A stretch of 63,892 nucleotides of DNA, counting the filler. It is 6 parts of 6 records of this genome, joined end to end, with 100 filler letters (N's around TTAATTAATTAA, not from the genome) between each part and the next. Parts side by side here need not be neighbours in the genome. Positions count along the whole stretch, not along the records: positions 37,712 to 58,686 come from DRR723986_17756; positions 58,787 to 63,892 come from DRR723986_17939; 4 more parts are not named here. One strand, written 5' to 3'. Numbering within the stretch: the stretch's first letter is position 1; each line of letters begins with the position of its first letter. A program made the translations under genes and the position numbers. Below the pieces are notes generated by a model, which saw only the letters and a list, made by a program, of their open reading frames with translations, was not told the DNA's origin and searched no databases. Shown here piece by piece: positions 56,065 to 63,892 of this stretch.

Positions 56065-58476
56065 CTACTCTCCAGACGAACTCTCCGCGGCGGCACGAAG
56101 TACGGTCACTTCGGCAAATGCACTCCCACACGCGACTGTTGAACCATCGGGACTGACACCAAGAGCTTGGATGTTATAGTGTTTACCAACGGGGCACGAA
56201 ATGACTCGCGATTGGTCCTTCGCATCCCAAACATTCAGCACTCCGTTGTTACCAGAGAAAATGTGGCGGCTGTCAGGCCCAAATGACATAACCCAGGGGA
56301 TATCTGTCCCCTCGATTGTCGGCATCTGAAGATAGCTTTCCAGGTTCCACAGAACGATCTTGTAGCCGTCGTTGAATGCCAGGAGAAGACCATTGGGCGA
56401 AATAGCAACTCCTTGAGCGTGAGCTGACCGCCCGACTTCCATGGTACGAATGACTTTGTCAGCCTTCAAATCGAACACCTTTAGCGTCTTGCCATCGGTC
56501 GCAAGCAGCTCGTTGTCTGCCGCGCGGATACACGTAGCCTTGACTTTGCCGTCAAAACCTCGCACCGATGCAATCTGCCGTCCCGTCGCCACTTCCCAGT
56601 AGCGAGCTTCTTTGTCATCGCCGCCAGTAAACGCAAATTTCCCGTCACTCGAAAAAGCGATGCTGGCAACACCTTTGGTATGCGCCGCAAACTGCGCCTT
56701 CAGCGTCAACTTTCCGCGTGCCTGAACTTGGTACACCTCGACCGTGCCCTTCGAGCCGCCTATCACCAGGAATTTTCCGTTGGGCGTATAACGCGTAGCA
56801 GTTACATCTCCCATATGGTCCATCCGACCCGAGCTCATCAAGATCTGGCCCGACTTCAAATCACATAGTGACACCTCAGACCCGGCTCGCCCGATTACCA
56901 AGTATTTGTTATCCGGTGAGATGGCCATCGACTTCGGCCCCCAGCCCAAATCAGTGACTTTGGAGACTATCTGTAGCGGTGTCCTGTAGTCCCACAGCGA
57001 TGCTTCTTTCGTTGGCGTTCCCAAAGACAGCGGGAGCGGGTCATTATCGACTAATTCGGCAAAAGGATTCTCCGATGCTTCATCCAGTTTTTTCAGGTAG
57101 AGCAAATCTGCGTCACTGAGTTTCGACAAGGGAACTTTGGCAATCTTGCCATTGGACCGCTTGAGCGAAACGCTCTGATCATCATGCTCAACCAATTCTG
57201 CCACGACCTTGAAACGCCCGGAACTATCGCTCCAAGTGCGAGTGGCATTTTCTACTGGCTCGACCTCTCCGCCGGCGTTCGTTGTTGCAGGGGCAGATCC
57301 AACGACTCCGCCGGAGAATGCCCCCGTCGGGGCAGCGGGTACCGAGCCGGAAGGCTGGCTGCCGCCAGGAAATTTGGCGAGCCCCGCCACCTTCTGTTCG
57401 TAACCTTGGACATTGACTGCGAATCGCTGCTCGGCGTCGCCCTTCTTCAGTGCAGCGATCGTCCCTTCACGAATTGCCAACTTGTCCTTGCGAACAAACT
57501 CGACTTTGAGCTTATTGTATTGATTGACTAAGACACGAGCGCTAACATTGTCGCCACTGACAAAGTAGACATCTTGCCACTTCGTGCTATGTTCGCGCAC
57601 AAGTGGCGTGCCTTTGACGAGTTGTTCCGCTTCCGTCAGTGGACGCATATCATCGTCTAGAACCAGATTACCTGCCGGGAGTATTTGCAGCGTCATCGAG
57701 AACTGGTTGGGATCGCTACGAATTTTACGTGCAATGGTTTTCGAAACAGCAATCCAATCTTGCCGGTCAACTCGTCTGAGATACGACGAACCGCTAACTT
57801 TGGCTCGCAATGTCGTTGGTGAAGGCAGATCAACCACGACCGCATCCTGCCATACTCCGCCTTGACCAAGCTTGATGGGTGCACCAGGGACCAAATGAGT
57901 GCTTGAAGTGCCACGAACATAACCACTGGGCAACTCCTCTGGTGGTAAACGCGCCTTCCGCTCACGTTCGGCTGCCGCCTTCTCCTCTTTGTTCAGTGGC
58001 CGCGCTGACACTTTGGAATTCATCTTGCCGCGGCGTATCACGTTGGAAACTAAGTATTCCTTGCCACCCAGCAACCGGCTTGTCAGTGGGTTATAGAATC
58101 CTGCCCCCCCACTCGGGTTGACGACAAAGTAAAGCTCCATTCCTCGTTCGCTGCCGCCCAGCATGCGAGCCAGACCGGGCAAGCGACTTTCTAAGCGTAT
58201 CGTTCCCGACTCATCAATTGTCGAAACGCCAATGATGCCCAGTCGACCATCGTCGGTTCGAGCTGCGAGTTGCACATCATGGCGCCCCGTGCCATCCGCA
58301 GTACGCTTGTAGTCGATCGCAACGACTTCACCCAAGATGCTCTGTTCGACTCGCAGATTCGAGAGTTTGTACCGTACATAACTACTCGGTGCTGCGATTA
58401 GTTCCTGGGGCAAGGCAGTGCGAGACAGCGCAAGTGTCAGGCAGAAGCAGACAATTACTTTGAATTTGCTGAACAT
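56065..58476 (-). CDS. Secreted SHD1 + WD40 repeat protein
   Basis: Signal peptide; SHD1 RTWSDSSGRFKVVAEL..LKRSNGK..VPLSKLSDAD; WD40 repeats AHTKGVASIAFSSDG..GGDDKEARYWE, MSFGPD..LNVWD. Confidence 0.85.
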   Translation of the reverse strand: MFSKFKVIVCFCLTLALSRTALPQELIAAPSSYVRYKLSNLRVEQSILGEVVAIDYKRTADGTGRHDVQLAARTDDGRLGIIGVSTIDESGTIRLESRLPGLARMLGGSERGMELYFVVNPSGGAGFYNPLTSRLLGGKEYLVSNVIRRGKMNSKVSARPLNKEEKAAAERERKARLPPEELPSGYVRGTSSTHLVPGAPIKLGQGGVWQDAVVVDLPSPTTLRAKVSGSSYLRRVDRQDWIAVSKTIARKIRSDPNQFSMTLQILPAGNLVLDDDMRPLTEAEQLVKGTPLVREHSTKWQDVYFVSGDNVSARVLVNQYNKLKVEFVRKDKLAIREGTIAALKKGDAEQRFAVNVQGYEQKVAGLAKFPGGSQPSGSVPAAPTGAFSGGVVGSAPATTNAGGEVEPVENATRTWSDSSGRFKVVAELVEHDDQSVSLKRSNGKIAKVPLSKLSDADLLYLKKLDEASENPFAELVDNDPLPLSLGTPTKEASLWDYRTPLQIVSKVTDLGWGPKSMAISPDNKYLVIGRAGSEVSLCDLKSGQILMSSGRMDHMGDVTATRYTPNGKFLVIGGSKGTVEVYQVQARGKLTLKAQFAAHTKGVASIAFSSDGKFAFTGGDDKEARYWEVATGRQIASVRGFDGKVKATCIRAADNELLATDGKTLKVFDLKADKVIRTMEVGRSAHAQGVAISPNGLLLAFNDGYKIVLWNLESYLQMPTIEGTDIPWVMSFGPDSRHIFSGNNGVLNVWDAKDQSRVISCPVGKHYNIQALGVSPDGSTVACGSAFAEVTVLRAAAESSSGE

Positions 58477-58686
58477 CGTAAACTCTGAGAACTACGTGGC
58501 GACGTACAAAATCGTTCTTGCAAGCAAGACCGCTGATGCAGGACATTGCATGGCCCCAAGTCTAACCGACTCAGCCGCTGATTACAAAACCCCACCAACA
58601 AACGCGTTTCTTGCGTGCTTCAACACCTTGCGATGCGACGATGAGCTCAATCCACCGTAGTGCGGGCAGCCTGCCTGCAACCGGCG

Positions 58687-58786
58687 NNNNNNNNNNNNNN
58701 NNNNNNNNNNNNNNNNNNNNNNNNNNNNNNTTAATTAATTAANNNNNNNNNNNNNNNNNNNNNNNNNNNNNNNNNNNNNNNNNNNN
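58687..58786. other. Artificial contig spacer
   Basis: N-run + TTAATTAATTAA. Confidence 0.99.
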
Positions 58787-58945
58787 GCTTTTGAAGATCT
58801 TGCCGTTATAGGCCCGCTCACCCTCGAAAACGGACGAAGCATAGTGCATCGCGTGGGTCAGAATATGCACATTCGCATCCCGCCAGGGGATGAGTTTGCC
58901 ATCCATCCAGATGGTTCCGTCGCGATCGTTGTAAGCAGCGCCCAT
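58787..58945 (-). CDS. ilvE: Branched-chain amino acid aminotransferase, 5' fragment
   Basis: [40 protein letters not shown]. Confidence 0.9.
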
Positions 58946-59056
58946 TGTATTCACCTTCGGCAGGTCTGTGTTTTTCCGTTTATTGCGCAATTTATGGCCG
59001 ATACGGACATAATATTACGCAAAACCGGGCATTCGGTAACAATTGATTCTTGGAAA

Positions 59057-59071
59057 GTCAACAAGGCTGAC
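59057..59071. promoter_or_regulatory. Palindromic operator candidate between ilvE and MarR gene
   Basis: GTCA-ACAAGGC-TGAC in the divergent intergenic region. Confidence 0.45.
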
Positions 59072-59117
59072 ATAAAGTCAGGTGAAAGGCGACAAGACCC
59101 CGGGGGGAACGCATTTC

Positions 59118-59636
59118 ATGGCCGAACGCGGCGCGGCACAATCTTCTGCAACCAGCGGGGAAAGCCTGCTTTTCCTGACCGATGAACAGCTTCGGCGTGG
59201 AATCGAGGCGATGTTCTTTGCCTATCGCGGCTTTACCGCAGACCCTGACCGAATTCTCGAAAACCACGCCTATGGGCGTGCTCATCACCGGGCGATCCAT
59301 TTCATCAATCGCAGTCCCGGCACGACGGTCAACAATCTGCTGGCCATTCTGGGTGTCACCAAGCAATCGCTGAACCGGGTGTTGCGAACACTGGTCGAAG
59401 ATGGCCTTGTCGAAAGCCGCGTCGGCACCCGCGACAAGCGGGAACGCCACCTTTACCTGACCGATCAGGGCATTGCGCTTGAACGAGAACTGTCCGAGGC
59501 GCAGCGCACCCGGATGCGCGCCGCCTATCGTGCTGCGGGGCCAGAGGCTGTGGCAGGCTTTCGGACAGTGCTGGAACAGATGATGGACCCCGAACTTCGC
59601 CGCCATTACCTGGCCAATACCGAGGCAGGCACATGA
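59118..59636 (+). CDS. petP: MarR family regulator PetP
   Basis: LLFLTDEQLRRGIEAMFFAYRGFTADPD..YGRAHHRAIHFI..LGVTKQSLNRVLR; overlaps the OmpR-type gene (ATGA). Confidence 0.85.
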   Translation: MAERGAAQSSATSGESLLFLTDEQLRRGIEAMFFAYRGFTADPDRILENHAYGRAHHRAIHFINRSPGTTVNNLLAILGVTKQSLNRVLRTLVEDGLVESRVGTRDKRERHLYLTDQGIALERELSEAQRTRMRAAYRAAGPEAVAGFRTVLEQMMDPELRRHYLANTEAGT

Positions 59637-60346
59637 CAGATCCGGCTGCCCATCTTCTGATCGTCGACGATGATGAACGCATTCGCGGGCTGTTGCAGAA
59701 ATTCCTGATCCGCAATGGCTTTATCGTCAGCGCCGCCCGTGATGCGGCCCATGCGCGGCGTCTGCTGGCAGGGCTTGAATTTGACCTGATCGTGCTTGAC
59801 GTGATGATGCCGGGCGAGGATGGGATCAGCCTGACAAAGGCTCTGCGTGAAACCCTGACCACACCCATCATGCTGCTGACCGCGCGCGGCGAGGCCAGCG
59901 ACCGGATAACGGGGCTGGAAGCCGGGGCCGATGACTACCTTCCGAAACCGTTTGAACCGCGCGAGCTGCTGCTGCGGATCAACGCCATATTGCGGCGCGT
60001 TCCAAGCGTGTCCGAGGCTCAATCGGCCCCAAAGATGCTGCATCTCGGCCCGATCCGATATGATCTGGAACGTGGCGAGATGTGGCAAGGCCAGACCCCC
60101 ATTCGGCTGACCGCGACAGAAGCCGCCCTGATGCGCATCTTTTCGGCCTGCCCGAATGAGCCCGTCAGCCGCGCGCAACTGGTCGAGGATCTGGGCCGCG
60201 ACAAGGGTGCGGGCAGCACCACCAGCCAGGAACGCGCGGTCGATGTGCAGATCACCCGCCTGCGCCGCAAGATCGAACGTGACCCAAAACAACCCCGCTA
60301 CCTGCAAACGGTACGCGGCGCGGGCTATATGCTGGCCCCTGATTAA
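59633..60346 (+). CDS. petR: OmpR family response regulator PetR
   Basis: IVDDD, VLDVMMPGEDG, GADDYLPKPF, RAVDVQITRLRRKIE, LQTVRGAGY. Confidence 0.88.
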   Translation: MTDPAAHLLIVDDDERIRGLLQKFLIRNGFIVSAARDAAHARRLLAGLEFDLIVLDVMMPGEDGISLTKALRETLTTPIMLLTARGEASDRITGLEAGADDYLPKPFEPRELLLRINAILRRVPSVSEAQSAPKMLHLGPIRYDLERGEMWQGQTPIRLTATEAALMRIFSACPNEPVSRAQLVEDLGRDKGAGSTTSQERAVDVQITRLRRKIERDPKQPRYLQTVRGAGYMLAPD

Positions 60347-60355
60347 GGTGTCCCA

Positions 60356-61282
60356 ATGACCATCCTGATGACCAATGACGCGGGCCTGTCGCACCAGATG
60401 CCACCCGGCCACCCGGAACAGATTGCGCGGCTGGACCATGTGAACCGCGCATTGTCCGCGCCTGAATTTGCCGCGCTGGACCGCCGCGCATCCCCCATGG
60501 CGGAAGAGGCGGATTTGCGGTTGGCCCACCCCGAATCCCATGTGGCAGCCATCCGCAAGGCCGCCCCCGAGACGGGTTTCGCGGCTCTCGACCCCGACAC
60601 CTCGATGTCACCCGGCACGTGGGAGGCCGCGTTGCGTGGCGTTGGCGGCTGCCTTGCCGCTGTCGACGCGGTGCTGGCGGGTGAGGCAAAGAACGCCTTC
60701 GTTGCAACGCGCCCGCCGGGCCATCACGCCGAGAAAACCCGCCCCATGGGATTCTGCCTGTTCGGCAATGTCGCCATCGCAGCGAAACACGCGCTGGAAC
60801 GGCACGGGCTGTCTCGCGTTGCCATCGTCGATTTTGACGTCCACCACGGCAACGGCACGCAAGACCTTTTGTGGGACGAGGCGCGGACGCTGTTCATATC
60901 CTCGCACCAGATGCCGCTCTATCCCGGTACAGGCGCTGCCCATGAACGCGGCGCGCATGGCAATATCATCAACGCCCCGCTTTCGCCCGGCACCGACGGG
61001 GACACCATGCGATCTGTCTATTCCTCTCGTTTGTTGAAGCGATTGCGGGAATATCAGCCGGACCTGATCCTGATCTCGGCCGGGTTCGACGCGCATGAGG
61101 ATGACCCGCTGGCGAACCTCAACTGGACCACCGAGGATTTCGCCTGGATCACCCGCGAACTGTGCAAAGTCGCGGATGAAACCTGCGGCGGCAAGATCGT
61201 GTCGTCGTTGGAAGGGGGCTATAACCTCGATGCTTTGGCGGCTTCTGTCGCCGCCCATGTCACCGAATTGATGGACGCCTGA
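60356..61282 (+). CDS. Histone deacetylase family amidohydrolase (copy 1)
   Basis: HPE, RPPGHHA, GFC, DFDVHHGNGTQ, SAGFDAH, LEGGY. Confidence 0.93.
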   Translation: MTILMTNDAGLSHQMPPGHPEQIARLDHVNRALSAPEFAALDRRASPMAEEADLRLAHPESHVAAIRKAAPETGFAALDPDTSMSPGTWEAALRGVGGCLAAVDAVLAGEAKNAFVATRPPGHHAEKTRPMGFCLFGNVAIAAKHALERHGLSRVAIVDFDVHHGNGTQDLLWDEARTLFISSHQMPLYPGTGAAHERGAHGNIINAPLSPGTDGDTMRSVYSSRLLKRLREYQPDLILISAGFDAHEDDPLANLNWTTEDFAWITRELCKVADETCGGKIVSSLEGGYNLDALAASVAAHVTELMDA

Positions 61283-61283
61283 G

Positions 61284-62222
61284 GTGGCCACCGGGCTTGT
61301 CACTCATCCCGATTGCCTTGCGCATGTGACGCCCGCCCATGTCCATGAACAGCCAGCCCGGCTGGCCCGCGTTCTGCACGCGTTGGAAGGGCTGCCGGTG
61401 TTCCGCTACGCGGCCCCGCTGGCCAGTGACGACACGCTGCTAACGCTCCACCCGCGCGCCTACCTGAATCACATCCGCAGTTCTGTGCCGCTGGACGGGT
61501 TTACCATGATGGACCCGGATACGGACGAGGAAACCTTCCTGTGCCCGTCCTCCCTGCCTGCGCTTTATCGTGCGGTTGGGGGTGTCCAACGTGCGATTGA
61601 CCTCGTGCTGTCGGGCGAGCTGACCAATGCCTTCGCCGCCGTTCGCCCGCCCGGCCATCACGCAGAACAGGAACTCCCCATGGGGTTTTGTTTCTTCGGC
61701 AACGTGGCGCTTGGGGCGAAATACGCGCTGGATCACCACGGCCTGTCCCGCGTCGCTATCGTCGATTTCGACGTGCATCACGGCAATGGCACGCAGGCGC
61801 TGTTGTGGGATGACCCGCGTGCCTTGGTGATCACATCCCAGCAAATGCCGCTTTGGCCCGATACCGGTGACATCAGCGAAACCGGCGCGCATGACAATGT
61901 GGTCAACGTGCCGCTGGCCCCCGGCACCGGCGGCAAAGCGATGCGAGACGCCTATGAGGAACGCGTTTTCCCACGGCTTGACGCGTTTCAGCCTGAACTG
62001 TTGCTCGTCTCTGCCGGGTTTGATTGCCACGCCGCCGACCCTCTGTCGCAACTGGCTTGGGTGGAAGAGGATTACGAGTGGCTCACCCACCGGCTTTGCG
62101 ATATTGCAGACAGGCATTGCGGCGGTCGCATGGTCTCGACACTCGAAGGAGGCTATGATCTGGACGCCCTCGCGGCCTCGGCCGCCACCCATGTGCGCGT
62201 TTTGACGGAGAGAAGCGGATGA
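61284..62222 (+). CDS. Histone deacetylase family amidohydrolase (copy 2)
   Basis: HVHEQPAR, RPPGHHA, GFC, DFDVHHGNGTQ, SAGFDCH, LEGGY; GTG start. Confidence 0.92.
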   Translation: MATGLVTHPDCLAHVTPAHVHEQPARLARVLHALEGLPVFRYAAPLASDDTLLTLHPRAYLNHIRSSVPLDGFTMMDPDTDEETFLCPSSLPALYRAVGGVQRAIDLVLSGELTNAFAAVRPPGHHAEQELPMGFCFFGNVALGAKYALDHHGLSRVAIVDFDVHHGNGTQALLWDDPRALVITSQQMPLWPDTGDISETGAHDNVVNVPLAPGTGGKAMRDAYEERVFPRLDAFQPELLLVSAGFDCHAADPLSQLAWVEEDYEWLTHRLCDIADRHCGGRMVSTLEGGYDLDALAASAATHVRVLTERSG

Positions 62223-62464
62223 GCGACCAGATAAAGATCGAGGATATGAGCTTCGAGGAAGCGATCCGGGAACTGGAAACGGTGGTCGGCCAGCTTGACC
62301 GGGGTGACGTGGCGTTGGAAGATTCCATCAAGCTTTACGAACGTGGCGCGGCGCTGAAGGCCCGTTGCGAGGCAAAGCTGAAGGAAGCCGAGGAAAAGGT
62401 CGCCCAGATCACGCTCGACGCCAACGGGCAGCCCACGGGGGCGAAGCCTGTCGAGGGGCTGTAG
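62219..62464 (+). CDS. xseB: Exodeoxyribonuclease VII small subunit
   Basis: MSFEEAIRELETVVGQLDRGDVALEDSIKLYERG..C..KL..AE. Confidence 0.95.
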   Translation: MSDQIKIEDMSFEEAIRELETVVGQLDRGDVALEDSIKLYERGAALKARCEAKLKEAEEKVAQITLDANGQPTGAKPVEGL

Positions 62465-62467
62465 CCC

Positions 62468-63334
62468 TTGTTCGAACAGACGTTGAAAGAGGCGCAGGAC
62501 GCGATTGCGCGCGCCCTTACGGACCGCATGGCGGTGCTTGGTCCTGACCGGGTGGCCGAGGGCATGCGCTACACCACCGCGGGCGGTAAGCGGCTGCGTG
62601 GCTTACTAGTGCTGGAAACGGCGCGGATGACGGGCGGTGACGCGAGTGCCGCGATGCAGGCGGCCTGTGCCGTCGAATGTATCCACGCCTATAGCCTCGT
62701 TCATGACGACCTGCCTTGCATGGATGACGACGACCTGCGCCGGGGCCTGCCGACCGTTCACAGGAAATGGGACGAAGCGACGGCGGTACTTGTGGGCGAT
62801 GCGCTGCAAAGTTTCGCGTTTGAGTTGCTGGCCGATCCCGTCACCGGCGACGCGAAACAGCGGGCCGAACTGGTCCTGACATTGGCCCGCGCCTCTGGCC
62901 CGCAAGGGATGGTGCTTGGGCAGGCACAGGACATTGCCGCTGAAACGGCGGAAATCCCGCTGACGCTCGACCAGATCACCGAATTGCAGGCCAACAAGAC
63001 CGGGGCACTGCTGGAATGGCCCGTCGTTGCGGGCGCCATCCTTGGCCGCGCCGACCCCACCCCCCTGCGGCGCTTTGCGCGCAGCCTCGGCCTTGCCTTT
63101 CAGATCGCCGACGACATCTTGGATGTAGAGGGCGATGCCCAGAAGGCCGGCAAGGCGCTGCGCAAGGATGCCGATGCGGGCAAGGCGACCTTCGTGTCGC
63201 TGCTTGGACTGGAGAGCGCAAAGACCCGCGCCAAGGCCCTGATAGACGAGGCCGAGGCCGCCCTTGACGCCTATGGCCCCGACGCTGAAACCTTGCGGGA
63301 ACTGGCCCGTTTCGTTATCGCCCGTGACCAGTAA
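62468..63334 (+). CDS. ispA: Farnesyl diphosphate synthase (polyprenyl synthetase)
   Basis: GGKRLR, SLVHDDLPCMDDDDLRRG, GQAQD, KTG, AFQIADDILD. Confidence 0.94.
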   Translation: MFEQTLKEAQDAIARALTDRMAVLGPDRVAEGMRYTTAGGKRLRGLLVLETARMTGGDASAAMQAACAVECIHAYSLVHDDLPCMDDDDLRRGLPTVHRKWDEATAVLVGDALQSFAFELLADPVTGDAKQRAELVLTLARASGPQGMVLGQAQDIAAETAEIPLTLDQITELQANKTGALLEWPVVAGAILGRADPTPLRRFARSLGLAFQIADDILDVEGDAQKAGKALRKDADAGKATFVSLLGLESAKTRAKALIDEAEAALDAYGPDAETLRELARFVIARDQ

Positions 63335-63352
63335 CCGATTTCGGAGAGCCAC

Positions 63353-63892
63353 ATGAGCCATCGCCCCGACACGCCCCATCTGGACCGGATCAAATCCCCG
63401 GCCGATCTGCGCGGCCTGTCGGATTTGGACCTGCGCCGCGTGGCCGACGATCTGCGCGCGGAAACCATCGCCGCCGTCAGCCAGACCGGCGGGCACCTTG
63501 GGGCCGGGCTTGGCGTGGTGGAACTGACGGTTGCGCTGCATGCGGTTTTTGACACCCCGCGCGACAAGCTGGTGTGGGATGTCAGTCATCAATGCTATCC
63601 CCACAAGATCCTGACAGGCCGGCGCGAAGCTATGCCGACCTTGCGCAAAAAAGGCGGAATCTCTGGCTTCACCAAGCGCAGCGAGTCGCCCTATGACCCG
63701 TTCGGCGCGGCGCATAGCTCGACCAGCATTTCGGCGGCGCTCGGCTTTGCCGTGGCGCGTGATCTTGGGGGTGTGCCCGATACGGGTGCGGGCGATGCGA
63801 TTGCCGTCATCGGGGATGGCGCGATGTCGGGCGGCATGGCGTTTGAGGCGATGAACAATGCAGGCCATCTGGGCAAGCGGCTGATCGTGATC
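63353..63892 (+). CDS. dxs: 1-deoxy-D-xylulose-5-phosphate synthase, 5' part
   Basis: Manual translation: [75 protein letters not shown]. Confidence 0.96.
   Translation, partial: MSHRPDTPHLDRIKSPADLRGLSDLDLRRVADDLRAETIAAVSQTGGHLGAGLGVVELTVALHAVFDTPRDKLVWDVSHQCYPHKILTGRREAMPTLRKKGGISGFTKRSESPYDPFGAAHSSTSISAALGFAVARDLGGVPDTGAGDAIAVIGDGAMSGGMAFEAMNNAGHLGKRLIVI

Noticed and set aside
62606-63868. 420-aa minus-strand ORF
   Set aside because: Antisense shadow of ispA and dxs.

Overview
This window is not one locus. It is six unrelated contigs joined by 100-nt N spacers carrying a TTAATTAATTAA all-frame-stop linker (8454-8553, 21031-21130, 32240-32339, 37612-37711, 58687-58786). Taxonomic labels below are inferred from gene content and synteny. 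(1) 1-8453, Marinobacter-like gammaproteobacterium: sigma54-type TAXI-TRAP transporter, a DUF432-MscS-retropepsin-RimK-AstE/AspA-YjbQ operon, and photolyase. (2) 8554-21030, Roseibium/Labrenzia-like alphaproteobacterium: HlyD/ABC exporter, orphan ParA, hydrolase, His-rich TPR protein, LysR with an uncalled 48-aa ORF and a methyltransferase, MFS, oxyR-katG. (3) 21131-32239, probably FCB-group (low confidence): orphan lipoproteins, TrmH-family/aminotransferase V/rdgB/CMD/dacB, Wzz-like protein. (4) 32340-37611, Marinobacter-like: grpE, recN, fur, bamE, rnfH, ratA, NSS transporter, with a sigma32 promoter and tandem LexA boxes. (5) 37712-58686, planctomycete: DUF2809, DUF1080-PQQ dehydrogenase, ECF sigma convergent with a ZAS-kinase-EF-hand protein, a YqiJ-like/flotillin/giant AAA+ ATPase operon, M61 peptidase, VOC, SHD1-WD40 protein. 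(6) 58787-63892, Rhodobacteraceae: ilvE, petP, petR, two tandem deacetylases, xseB, ispA, dxs. The best candidate for an under-described system is the PspA-less YqiJ-like/flotillin/1754-aa AAA+ ATPase module and its downstream kinase/ECF pair. No rRNA, tRNA, CRISPR array or transposase was seen. All family assignments come from motif recognition, not database searches.
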